Of a DNA stretch of 64,000 nucleotides, positions 12,424 to 24,648 are shown piece after piece. This DNA is from Paragordius varius (taxonomy: Eukaryota > Animalia > Nematomorpha). Location of the stretch: contig OZ176054.1 in assembly GCA_964247055.1 (NCBI GenBank), positions 1,674,001 to 1,738,000 on the forward strand. Direction: 5' to 3'. The position numbers were made by a program, and so were the translations under genes. The notes under the pieces were generated by a model. The model saw only the letters and a list, made by a program, of their open reading frames with translations, was not told the origin of the DNA and searched no databases. Numbering within the stretch: the stretch's first letter is position 1; each line of letters opens with the position of its first letter.

Positions 12424-15030
12424 TTATGATAACAAAGTTTTCAATATGGATGATACAACAGTAACATTTACACTGTTTCCCAATAGCGCATATCGTTGTC
12501 GTGTCGTTATTTGAGATGGAAATTCTAAAATAGCAAGAAATAAAAAATTAATTCAATTAATATCATAAATAAAGAGGATCAATTTATAATAAGCGAATAT
12601 TATGCATTAAACTAGAGTATTTTGCACTCATGACTTTGTGGGCTGTTATATTTTTAGCATTTTAATGTAAAACAATTATCTAATACTAAATTATCATATT
12701 AAATTTTTCATTTTAAACATACGAAAATTGAAGAGTGTACTAAAAACATCAATGCGGGCCGCACGGTGGACATCACTGCGTTAATATGTTTAAAATTTAT
12801 TATACTATAATATGCCAACCCAATTCAATCAATTTCTTTTAGATATTTTTATTTAGCATAATGTTCCCAAGTTTAGTTAAAGAAGAATGTTAAATTAAAC
12901 TAGAATTGGAGTTAATAATAAAACTAATAATATCTCAAAATTTTATATACTAACAACGTAAATATTTAATAAAACCGAATTTACAAAAATATTAATAAAA
13001 ATAATAAACAATTAAAGTTTAACCAAATGTTTCAGGGTATCCAAGTAAAGATAAAATTTCTTTCGGCGTAAAAAATCGAACATAAAAATCATGCCCATAT
13101 GAAACAAGTGATTTTGTTTTTTGTAAACTCAATAAATAAATGAGCATATTTCCAGGAGTGTCATTATCTAACTTTTCATGATCGATTTCAATTCCATGTT
13201 TGAATTTGTTAGAATCGTACATTAATAGCAAGGATCCGGTTCCTTTGAAATACCGACCATAGCTATAATATATGAGTTTATATGCATATATATATATTTA
13301 TATATATAGTTATTTTTTTGTATTTCAATATTAGACGTGGGTAATTGGATTTGATAGGGTACAATCAAAAATTTAAGAATGAAATAGTTAAAAATTTCAT
13401 GTAACTCTAAAAATAAAGTAGTTGACTAAGAAAACAACTCTTTCATTAATAAAATAACATATTTTATTATATTCGATTATACAAATTGCCCTTTTATATG
13501 TATTATTAGGATGATGTTTGAGCACATACGATTATCACTTCATGCAATCAATATAATGCATTCTTAATTTAAATTTTTAAAATTTTTGAAAAAAACAGAA
13601 TATGACGCATAAAATAATGGATGAGAATTAAAGGACAGGATTGGAACCGGAACCGTTTGTAGTTCCAGGTTTTCATAAAAATTTTGGTTCCGGTTCTATT
13701 AATTTTTTGGTGAAAAATTTCGGCTTTAAGTTTGAATTAACCAATAGTACACTTCATAAAATCGTGATAGTAATTATAATATTTTGATAATGCAACTTTT
13801 CTCTAAAAATTATAAAAAATAGTTTACTTTCATTTGAACGATAAAAAAATGATTAAAAAGAGGGGGGAAAAGCTTAAAATTGTAAAAAAATAAAAATGGA
13901 ACCGTAGATAGTTCCAAAACGGTTCCGAAAATAAACAAACGTTTTCGGTTCCAATCCCCGTTAAAAAATAAAGGAAAAGACAAATACACGCTCTTTGATT
14001 CAATAAAAAATAAAAATATATGAAAAATTTACAGTGGCATATGGCATAAGACAATATTAGTCCATAAAAGAATAAAAAATTGGTTTTTTTAAAAAAAACT
14101 TGTTTCTATATAGACATATCCATAATATCTCCCCTTGTTTTTAAATAAAACATTTTTTTTACTTCTTTTATCAACTAATTTTGTTTAATGCCATACGCTA
14201 CTGTATTTGCATTAGAAACAAAAACAAACTTTTTTGTAAAACAGCAACTGGATGTTGAATCCATGGACACAATATCAACAACGTTAATATTTTTTTCCAA
14301 AGTTTCCAGAGGTAATATGTAGCTATGATTTCTACATTTATCACCGACAAATAAATCTGTCTGCATGTATTTTCCTAACGAATGATAAGTTAAACAAATG
14401 GCCACGTTTGAATGGCTATTTGGAAAATTTTCAAATATTTTATTAAAATCTTTTTGAGCAACCATATAATATCTTAATCTTGAATTAGGTATTAAAAATT
14501 CTGAGGAATTAACCAAATTCTCCTAAAAAGAAATTCCTTATAATTATGTACCTTAAAAGTATATCCGCATTGTGACAATGTTTGAATCAATAAATTGTGT
14601 GCAAGTGATGATTCAAAACCTTTGACATTTTCAACAAATATATATTTTGGAGAAAATTTCAATCTATAAACCTTTATATTGTACTTGGGGAAAATGGACA
14701 ATATATGCTTCAAAGCTTCACACCTTTCATCCGTAACATCAAGATTTTTACCTTGGCGTGTAAAAGGTTGACATGGTGGACTCATCATAAGCAAATTTAT
14801 TTTCCACAAATCTATTTGATCGGCAGATAATTTCAAATAATTATTTAATTTCTTACCTGAATGTTATTTTCCATAATTATAGCGTTAGGAAAATTTTTTT
14901 GTGAAACAATGTTGGCCAAAGGATTTATATCTACAGTTATAAGCTTAAAGTCTTGCAAATTTTTGCTAAGTGCAAATACATTTCCACCAATTCCATTGAA
15001 AAGGGATAAAACTGTAAACTGTTCTACCAT
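12424..15030 (-). CDS. TRDMT1: DNMT2 / tRNA (cytosine-38-C5) methyltransferase, 6 exons, about 355 aa
   Basis: Exons 14857-15030, 14685-14833, 14552-14663, 14230-14522, 13024-13262, 12424-12524 splice in frame (1068 nt). Motifs: I FNGIGG, IV SPPCQPF, VI ENV, VIII PNSRLRY, the DNMT2 signature CFTKNYGRY, RFFTPKEI and X LLGNSVNV. Intron 1 requires a TG acceptor. Confidence 0.93.
12630..12778. mobile_element. hAT MITE family A, partial copy in DNMT2 intron 5
   Basis: Right end GCGGGCCGCACGGTGGACATCACTG matches the family A terminus; left boundary approximate. Confidence 0.5.
13636..13960. mobile_element. hAT-type MITE family B (GGAACCGG-rich ends) in DNMT2 intron 4
   Basis: CAGGATTGGAACCGG ... 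CGGTTCCAATCCCCG; flanks ttaaagga / ttaaaaaa (6 of 8 match). Confidence 0.72.
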
Positions 15031-15399
15031 AGCACGTTATTTTTGTTACATACGATTGAACAACTGTTAACACTTGGATACAACACATTCATTTTAGTCC
15101 TTCGATTATTGGGGTAGTACCCAGGCCTGTTTAAAATTAAATTCTTGGAATCGAAACCATGGCAAAATTTTGCACTTATATAACATTAATAAACCGAAAT
15201 ATATAAAAAAAGTTTATTTAAAAATTCTTGATTTTACTTATTTTTAGCTAAGCCCCAAAGGTAAAAATTTAGTCAACGAGACATGTCTGCAATGGTAAAA
15301 TTGCAAAATATTACAAAATAAACCACTTTATCTATTTATGACAATGTTAATGTAATTTAAATAATAAATTTACTCTTATTTTACCTATAAAATTACATG

Positions 15400-15620
15400 A
15401 AGACGATATTTTGCAAAAATTTTGTAAAATAAAAATGTCGTCGAAGTAAGATGAAATTTTTTTAAAACAAAATTTTATTTAGATATTTTGGCTTATTTAT
15501 ATGATTTTTATTAGGATAGAAGGATAAATTTATATTGGGACCGTTTCCTTCAGTAATTTTTTAATACTAACTTTAATTAAGTCTGGGCTATTTAGATACC
15601 CCGATTTGAATCGAAGTGTT
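15400..15620 (+). repeat. Dispersed repeat also present at about 55590-55815
   Basis: Shared ACGATATTTTGC...AAAATAAAAATG(T/G)CGTCGAAGTA...TATTGG(G/A)ACCGTTTC...TAGATACCCC in the same orientation. Confidence 0.7.
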
Positions 15621-17032
15621 CAGGTAAATATAATGTATAATAAAATTTTTATCAAATAATCCATACTTCTTTGCCTTTTTTGTCCTAGTGTACCTTTTGT
15701 AGTCGGTATTATATCCCAGAGCTCATGTAAACTACAGTTCTAAGAGTATTTTAGTAAAAAAAATTTTCAAACATTGTTCTCATGTCTTAGACAAAAGGCT
15801 TATATTTTATTAGTTTTTGAGTTGTGGAGTCTAAAATTGAAGTTCCATAACACAATTGAAAAAAATAGTTTATTTCAAAATAAAAATAAATCAAGTTTTT
15901 GATATAATATAGCCTAAAAGCTTTTTTAATTTAATTATTTACATTTCTAACCATACAATACATCAATTTGCCTGATGCAATAATATTTAAATAAATTTAT
16001 GAAAAAAGCGGGGAAAAAGTTTATAGCAATTTTTAACATGAATGTTAAAATTTTTGTATAATGCGCCTAAAAGGCAAAAGAAAGCATATGATTAAATTCG
16101 GATTAGTTTAAATACTTTTTAAGATATTCAAATTTCAAATCGCTCTCGAATTTAAACTACCCCAAAAGGCAAAGTGTTAATTTTATATACAGGTATAAGG
16201 AAAGGGTGTAATTGGTTTTTTTCGCTATTTTCAGAAGGAAAATCCTTGTCGTATTTTCACTGTCTTAAGATAAAAAAATTATCAGCACATCACAAAATAA
16301 AAAATACCGATGCTACACTACATTATTGAAATAGTCTTCATTTTTTATCCATCCACTCATAAATAAACAGAATTTTATTGGTGCTTTTAGGTTTCGAAGT
16401 CAAAAGAAAAGTATATCCATTTTAAATAATTGAACTATATATATAATACGCAAATTAGCGCACATTGCCCTAAAAATAATTTTTAACAATGCTAAATTTA
16501 GAAGTTTTAATTTTATATTATAAATTATATTTTGAAAGCAAGCTATAACTATATTCATAAGAAAGTTCTAAATTTTCACATCTTTGGAACAGGCTATTAT
16601 ATAAAAATCAGAGCCGAGATTATACAATAAGTTTGGTATAATATCTGAAAACAAATATAAATTTTCAATATCATTAAACTGGAAAATTTACTGTTGGAAT
16701 GTAAATGCATTCTAGAGTGTTTTATAGTATTTAATCCATACTTGCTGCTACGATTGCAAAAAATAGTAACACGGAAAAGGAGTTTGGAAGGATCAATAAT
16801 TTTACTTTAAACATATATATTTTTAATCATGAGAGTAGAAGGCTAAAGAGAGTATACAATATCTTAACTCGGTTTCGAATTGACAAGCCCCCAAAAATTA
16901 CAAAAGGGGGTAAATAATTTTTTTTAGCAATTTAAAATTCGACGAATTATTTTAACCAAATTTCTTTTTTTTCAGATTAAATGCTCTTTTTAACAATCAA
17001 ACTTTTAGAAACATAAATTTAAAACTATATGA

Positions 17033-17635
17033 CAGGGCTTGGAACCTAACCGGAACCAGCTCGGTTCCGGTTCCACTTTTATTATAAAAATTTTATTTTT
17101 TTATTTAAATTTGATTGTACCACTACATATTAAATACTTCAAATTTCAAACCTAAAACTAAATGCCTAATATTATATTAGTGATACTCTTTCTCAGTTTT
17201 GGGTGATTCGGCTGTTCTAAAAAAACTAATAGTCATTCAAGTTTATTTATCATACACATGTTAGTATATATTGGTCTCCGTTGAAAGGAGTTTTTTCACC
17301 CTTAATTTTATATAGAAAGACCAGAGAAGCAGTTTGACCATCCTTTTGCTTGGTGCAATACTTTTTAAATTAAATAAAGGATTTTTATATGCCATACTTA
17401 GTGTACACTCATTATATATCTTTGTACTTTTACATTTTCCTATTATATTTTTATAATTTGTTTCATTTATTATGCTACACCATGTTTCCTTTACTATACA
17501 TTTGGCAATTTATATATTTGTTAATATTTTTTGGATTATTATTATAATAGTAATTTTGTAAGAAAATTATAAAATCAAAAGTCAGGAACCGACTCGGTTC
17601 CGGTTCCACTTTTTTTGAACCGGTTCCAAACCCTG
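17033..17635. mobile_element. hAT-type element family B, 603 bp
   Basis: TIR CAGGGCTTGGAACC / GGTTCCAAACCCTG; TSD ctatatga / ctatgtga (7 of 8 match). Confidence 0.85.
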
Positions 17636-17926
17636 CTATGTGATATAAAAATTTTGTAACTTCAACAACAGTGGACTTTGTGTTTACATCCCTAATATAA
17701 AACTGAGCCCTATATTACTTTCGAATGGCAAAAGCTGTTGAGTTCCCTATATAAAAATATTGAAAAGAAAAAGAATCTTTTTGTCCCATCATTCGGTACA
17801 CTATCATTAATAAATCTATGAAATATATATATTTATTGAGATAAAAAGGCCATCATATTGCAATTTTGATGTTAAAAAGAGGTTTGGGTTATTTTGAAAA
17901 ATTTGGAGCAAAAGAAAATAATAGTT

Positions 17927-20660
17927 TTATATTCTTCTCATGTCCTCCACTACAACATCCAAATCCGGTTCCAAAGAAATATGCTTACATTCCTAACAAA
18001 TGTATAAAATACGGTAAAAATCAAAAGTATAAAGCAGCAATACTTATTGAAACCTTAATTAGTTGGAATATTACAGTGAAATAGAGAGTGTGTTACCAAT
18101 TCAAATATGTATTCCTAGCAACCGATAAGCTTTACAATAAATCAAGATTCAAATAAAATATTTCTGCCTTTTAGTTTTTACCCTTTGTGGTTATATAATT
18201 ACAATTATTATCGTATATACAAATAAATATTGTTTAAAAAAAAACGTGGAAAATACCTCATATAAAGGGGGATTTTGTGAATGATAATGAAATCCCGTTT
18301 CGCGACAAGTTGCCAAAATATTGATTCCCAAATCGGGGGTCAATGTAAAATATTTTACCCTAAAAAATTAAGGTATATTATTTATTTAATAATTTAATTA
18401 TATATATCGAGAATAAAATATATTTATAAATGTGCTTTTTGAGTGATTTCATACATTAACAATAGCGTATGATATAAGACATATTTTGTCCATAATAAAA
18501 TATACAAATCTAATGTTTTGGGTAGGAATAAAATTATTTAATTTTAACCATTTGTTGTTTTTCACTCATATGCTACAGTATTGCCAATTGGCCAACATAA
18601 ATGTGCGCACTATATATACATGCATGCTTATATTTTTGTGCCACTTTATTATTTGAATCAAAACCGTTTTAATTTTTGTTAGAACGTTAGTTGAAACCGG
18701 ATTCTAAAACGATTCCGGTTTTCTGGTTGTTATAATACACACTGAATATAGATAACAAAATGTTAAAACGAGAGGTCTATAGCGCCGTTGTCCAACACAA
18801 TTGGCTGCATGGGCCACAATCACAAAATATATGGGCATTAACGAGTATTTTACTCAGATTTTAGATATAAGACTGAAATTACTGTTTATATTAACACATT
18901 TTTTGTTAGTTCTTTGCCAAAATTTAGAGAGAGAAAGATTAATTCAGAATGTTAGTTTAACAAAATCAATTTCAATAAGATTTCGTTAAATTATTTGATT
19001 CTCGCGAATTATTTTACAGGGACGACCCTGATCTACTAGAGTATATTGGGAAAAGGAAGGAAAAATGAAAAGGCTTACGATAATTATTTATTTGTTTGAT
19101 TTATAATATATTAGATACAAACCTTTATAAATTATTATATCAAGCTTTTTATCCATTGAATTTTTAATTCCATCAAACTAAGTACACTTTCAACAGCAAA
19201 TTCCAACAATTCTGCACAAGATGATGTAAATGCTAACTGTGAATCAAATCTTTTATTGCTGATCAAAATAAAAACTGCACAAAAAATCAAATTATTCTTA
19301 CAAAAACGATTATTGGAGCTCCAATTCAGGCTGATGGAATTAAAAATTCTAAAAGAGAAGAATTTCATATAATAATTTATCACATTTAATCATTGGTAAA
19401 ATTTGTATCTAATTTATTTAAAATTGCACTAAATAAATTAATAATCAATCTTATCCCTTTTTATAATTCCTTCTTTCAATATACTCGAAGATTGTGATAC
19501 TTCAAAATCATTATCATTATTCTAATTCTATACTATGTTATCAATAAGATATTTGGGTTGTTGCAAAGTAAACATCATACAAGAATTAACTTGGGAATTT
19601 TTATAAATTTTATTGGATCTCTGCATTTAAATTGACCGAACAACATTCTCTCTCTATAAAAATGCGTTTGGAGCTGTTAAATATGGTTTTTTCTTTCACA
19701 TATAGCATTTTAAAGGCTTTAGACAGGGTCATATTGGATATCCATTGTTTTCATGCAAACATCCAAGCACACCCCATTAAACTTTTTAATATCTAGCAAA
19801 GTTTTGTCATATCCTGAAATGGTCAATTCGAAACATTACATGTTAATTCCTCCAAACGATACATGTCAATTTATTGAATTTAAGAGTCCTTAACATTGGG
19901 TCGGTTCAACTCTTTCAATCAAATGTGAACAATTCATAACATCAATAAAATTGTAGGCAAGTATTTTAATCCTAGAGTTAAACCATGCCATTGTTTTGGG
20001 AAATTTGATCCATTGGAGACTGAATTTTGCAACATTTTTGTCCAAAACGTTAGGTATTAATATGCAAAAAGTTATGTAATAAATACCAAAATGGCGAGTT
20101 ATACCGATATAATGCAAGAATATTTCGATCTCCATTCTAGGGAATAATTTCTCACCTCTGGTCTCAGAATTATCTTCCGAAAGATAATATAATTTATAAT
20201 AAGGTCAATAGATGAAGTCAAATCTCAATAGTATTTTACATAAATTATCTGGAATGTAAGATCGTGGTTTATAAATTTTTTCATTTCCAAGATTTTTAAA
20301 TCCATTTTATTAAAGAAAAATATAAATTGAAATTTCTCAATTGGATCGATTTTTGTGTATAGTTTAATAAAAAAATTCAAAAATATAAAAATTGGAAAAA
20401 ATTAAAACTAGCCTGAGCTAGTCTCGTGCAGAGCAAAGTGAAATAATCCAGTATATACTATGTAGTTTTGGCAAAAAAAAATTCAACTAATGTTTCTAGT
20501 AACTATTTTAAACCTAATAATATTAGTAGATATTTTTAGAAACAAAAACTTTTTATTCAATCGATATGTACAATAAATACTAGGTAGTAGGTGCAAAATT
20601 ATTTTGTTCAATCGAACCTAAGTAAATATATTACCTAGTTTTAGCATTTAACCATCATAT

Positions 20661-20693
<33 letters not shown>

Positions 20694-23600
20694 ATTCAGG
20701 ATATAATTAAACAACCAAATAAAACTATATAATACCATAGCTCTCTTTATATTTATATTTACTTATTTTATATTTTATCGTTTTTTTCAAAGTAAATATT
20801 TATTAGAGAAAAAAAAGCCTTCTTACTGTTTATGTTTAGGGGCACAAACTATTGCAATGTATTCCGGTAACAGCTGTTGATTTGGGAATTGATTATGTAA
20901 ATCTACGCTTGAAAGAAAAGCCGTTTGTGAAGGATGTGTCTGTATGTTGCAAAACAAAAAAAATGAAATTATTATATATAATTCAGCAAAAATTATATAA
21001 ATTTATTATAATATAATATTTCGATTACTACAAGTAATCTTTGTCAAACGTAAAAATAAAATTAAAATATAAACTAAAATTAAATAATTTAAATTTTATT
21101 TTTACGTTTGACAAAGATTACTTGTAGTAATCGAAATATTATATTATAAATAATATTTATATAATTTTTGCTGAATTATTCCATATATAATAATACAATC
21201 ACACTTCAGCGTAAACAATATCCAAAAAGGAAATATTTGCTATATATTACCATTTACAATTCAAATTCACCCTTAACCAATTCAAATTCACCCCTCAAAT
21301 AAAAATTTTGTTTAAAATTTAAATAATATTGAAAAAATAATAAACTATGCCATAATGATATATTTCTCATTAATAATAAGTAATATTAGTTCGAAAACAC
21401 ATAATTTATTTTTAGGGTGAATTTGAATTGTTCGAGGGTCAATTTGAACTGTAAATGGTATATATAAGAGATTATAAGCTATTTTTTATTAATCATTTGC
21501 ACGCCATTTTCATATAACAAAATTATGAATAATATTAATTATTATTACTTTTAAACACGATTTGGGGTAAGAGTAGTATTTTTTGATAATAACCAATACT
21601 TAATTTGATATATAAAAGAGTTTAAGATATTACTAAAAATATGTCCATCGTTTTTTAGTGTTATTTTAATTTATTGCATGTGAATATTTATTGGTAAACA
21701 AAAATAAAATTATAATCCAATAATCCAAATAAAATATTATATTTAATATTCTACAGATTACTCTAAAATATTCGAAAAAAAAATTATTATTTTATTTTTT
21801 GCCTTTAGCTCATACAATAAGTTGGTTACCAAGTAGAATTGACTTTAAAGAAAGTTATTTAATTATTTTTTTTTCATTTTTCACAAAAAACATCCTTTAA
21901 TAGAAGAAAATTAAATTGTGATTTTAATCGCTGAGAGATTCTAAAATATAAGAGAAACATTTTAACAGGCAATATATAAAGCTTATTAGGTAAATAAGGG
22001 AATTCTAATCCATGGTTTTTAAAAAATTCCAATTATTTTTTTGATATACCATTTACAGCTCAAATCCCCCTTCGAACCTCTGAAATAAATTACGTGTTTT
22101 TAAATATATATAAAATTACCTAGGTTTTTTACGTTGTTTAATAATATTATACTGGAAGAAATAATAGCCTATCCTTAAACATATAATTCATGTTAATAAT
22201 GAGTTATATTAGCCCGAAAACAAATTTTTAGGTGAAAATGGTAATATTAATCTATGGCCCCTTTAAATTAAATTTAGAAATTACTGCCTCTTATATAAAA
22301 AAAAATACTTAAAAAAATTCAAAAAATAACGATCAAGTAATAATTTTATTACAAACATCAAAGTTTTTTTGTGCATTTATATTTATAATTTAAAAAATAT
22401 CATTTAAGCGAGAAGCGCGATAAGAAAAAAAATAATACATCAATATAATAAAATGGCAAAATAAAAATTAATAAATAATTATTTGTGTAATTAAACATAT
22501 TATTTTACATGGATCCATCCCAGCGTAAGCAGATTTTTCGATTCCTTAAAATATACCATTTCCTCTTCGTTTACGGCGGAAAAACTGTCAGATTTACCAG
22601 TTTGCTTCGGTATTACCAAATGCGTAACCGTAAAAATATTTTGGCACTAGGAAAAATTTTTTTAAAAATTTTACTTTTTTAAAAAATTGATTTTTTTGGG
22701 TTTTGGATTGCGATATGGTGATCAGAGCTATATATATTAATTGGTAATAAACCAATTATATAACATTTAAAACGAAATTAACTATATGGTTAAGGCAGGA
22801 AATCAAGCTTTTCAAAAAGTATGGTTGTCTTTGTATAAAAATATTTAATTCTGTTAAAACTCATTTTGTATATATATATATATATATTAACATTTAATTA
22901 TCACTGTCTAAAAACAAATACCATTTTTCAAATGATTTAAATTTAAACAGAAAATAATTGTGAAAGCAAAAAGCATGACAATACTTACCAATTTACCAAA
23001 AAGATGGCCCCCAGTTTCAATATTTTTATCGGTATTGGATTCGGCTAATGATAGAAAGATTGGGACCAAATTTTTAGGCACCAACATTTTACGCAATCTA
23101 CGGGTAAAGAAAATCAAATTTTTAAGCTGTAAAGTACAAGATTAAGTAGGAATTCTTAAAATAAAAAATCAAATTTGTACAAAAAAATCACAATTATTTT
23201 TGTATAATTAATTTGTTTTTTTATTTTTTAAACTAGTATGATTGTAACAATAATTTTCGTTATAAAACCGATTTCTTATGGACCATATTCAATCGTACTA
23301 AAAAATAAAATAAAATCAAGCGAAAACGCCGAAAATTATACTACATTTTACATAAACGCTATTAAAGTATCTAACCCATCAGTTGGTGAGGGGGTAGGTG
23401 ATTCTATTAAATTTTTAGGTTTCAGTTCACGAGAAGGTATATTGAGATTTTTAGCCTGCAGATTGCTTTCAGGAATTGAATCAGCATTAGAAGGATTAAT
23501 AATTTGATTTGAAGATTGTGGTGATTTGATAGGATGTTCATTATTGGCTAATATATATTTAAATTTAAAAACTATGAAAGAATTAGAAAATTAATTGGTA

Positions 23601-24229
23601 GTACACGCACTTTTATTGTCAAATCATGAGTGTGAAAAAAATATAGATGAAAAAATAATTTTATAATATATATACAATAACTGTTGCTGTATGCGGTTGA
23701 ATAATGATTTTCATTGGTATATAATGATTGATTAGGAGTCTTTGAGGTTACATTTTCATAAAATGATCGTCGTTTCAAATCGCGTTCACGTTCAATCTAA
23801 TTTTTACAATTTTATAAAAACCTGTTGATGAATTATGACTTCCTGTTCTTGAGCATATTTGTTCAGAATTTTAGTTTTTAAAATTTCGGCTCTCGGCAAA
23901 ACATCCTTAAGAGCCTATAAAAACAATTAAATATACTATTTAACGCACATTTTTTACAATATTTTTTTCAATGGTTGGAATATCTTTGTAGGAATGATGT
24001 TCAGGAATTTTTTCAAAAAATAAGCTAGATAATTGAGTAAAGTATACGTAATATATTTATAGTAAAGCATAAAGGCTTTCTCGACGTCCCCTTCTTTTTC
24101 ATATATTTCGGCCATTGAAAGCATCTCCGGACCGGACCGAAAATATTTTATCAGCGTAAATTGAGGTTGGATTTCAACTTCTTGAAAAAGTTGCCTAAGC
24201 CGATATTCTGGATTTAGTGGATCATCCAT
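17927..24229 (-). CDS. STAMBP: AMSH/STAMBP JAMM deubiquitinase, 10 exons, about 390 aa
   Basis: Exons 24048-24229, 23949-24024, 23822-23914, 23676-23796, 23376-23547, 22989-23097, 22509-22646, 20827-20939, 18257-18359, 17927-17992; all GT-AG and phase-consistent. N-terminal [21 protein letters not shown] residues IETGG and [16 protein letters not shown], second Zn site DLH / C / GFHYH. Confidence 0.95.
18783..19030. mobile_element. hAT MITE family A, degenerate copy in a STAMBP intron
   Basis: TGTCCAACACAATTGGCTGCATGGGCCAC start and GACGACCCTG end; interior similar to 2112-2394. Confidence 0.6.
20979..21179. repeat. Near-perfect inverted repeat (about 85-bp arms, about 28-bp loop) in STAMBP intron 7
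   Basis: TAATTCAGCAAAAATTAT...GATTACTACAAGTAATCTTTGTCAAACGTAAAAATAAAATT is followed by its reverse complement with one small indel. Confidence 0.92.
21248..21460. mobile_element. MITE with about 45-bp TIRs (TACCATTTAC...) in STAMBP intron 7
   Basis: TACCATTTACAATTCAAATTCACCCTTAACCAATTCAAATTCACCC versus the reverse complement of GGGTGAATTTGAATTGTTCGAGGGTCAATTTGAACTGTAAATGGTA; TA-rich flanks. Confidence 0.8.
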
Positions 24230-24286
24230 GCCAAAAACTATTTTGGAATATTTTTAAAAAAAATCATCATATTAACTTTTGAATGA
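24230..24286. promoter_or_regulatory. 57-nt spacer between divergent start codons (putative bidirectional promoter core)
   Basis: STAMBP ATG at 24229 (-) and ANAPC16-like ATG at 24287 (+). Contains a small inverted repeat CCAAAA-acta-TTTTGG at 24231-24246. Promoter function is inferred. Confidence 0.5.
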
Positions 24287-24646
24287 ATGACAACCCAACT
24301 CCCTAAACCATTTAAAATTCCATCTACATCTTCCTCAACATTAAATTCTAATAATTTAGAACCAAATACACCAACTAATAACGTGAGAAAGTGTTTGTTC
24401 AAATCCCCAACAAGTTAATCGTTTATTTATTTTTTACAGATATAAAAATTGTCAATCAAGAAGCCGACAAAGCAGTAATTGAAAGATTTATTAAAAGTAT
24501 TTTTTTATTTATTATCTAAAGATCGTACAAATAAAAACGTGAAATTAGTAAAACAGGCTATTGAATCATTAGCTGAAGACGATTGGTTATATACACCGAC
24601 TCAAAAAATATCGCAACCCTTAATTCATAACCAGTTCAAATTTTAA
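24287..24646 (+). CDS. ANAPC16: APC/C subunit 16-like small protein, 3 exons, 102 aa (not in ORF track)
   Basis: Exons 24287-24413, 24440-24496, 24522-24646 with 26- and 25-nt GT-AG introns give one open frame. Ser-rich N-terminus, VRKCLFKSP (recalled human PRKALFTYP), IERFI (SERFL) and AIESLAEDDWLYTP (LVEELEADEWRFKP). Confidence 0.8.
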
Positions 24647-24648
24647 TT

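Noticed and set aside
14537-14551. Apparent 15-nt intron in DNMT2 (GTACATAATTATAAG)
   Set aside because: It leads to EFLFRRIW and a stop. The 29-nt intron (14523-14551) gives gap-free alignment to ENLVNSSEFLIPNSRLRY.
15624-15730. Plus-strand intron/exon-like signals (GTAAAT...TCCTAG, CTFCSRYYIP)
   Set aside because: The upstream part is a dispersed repeat shared with 55.6-55.8 kb, and no coherent gene model could be built.
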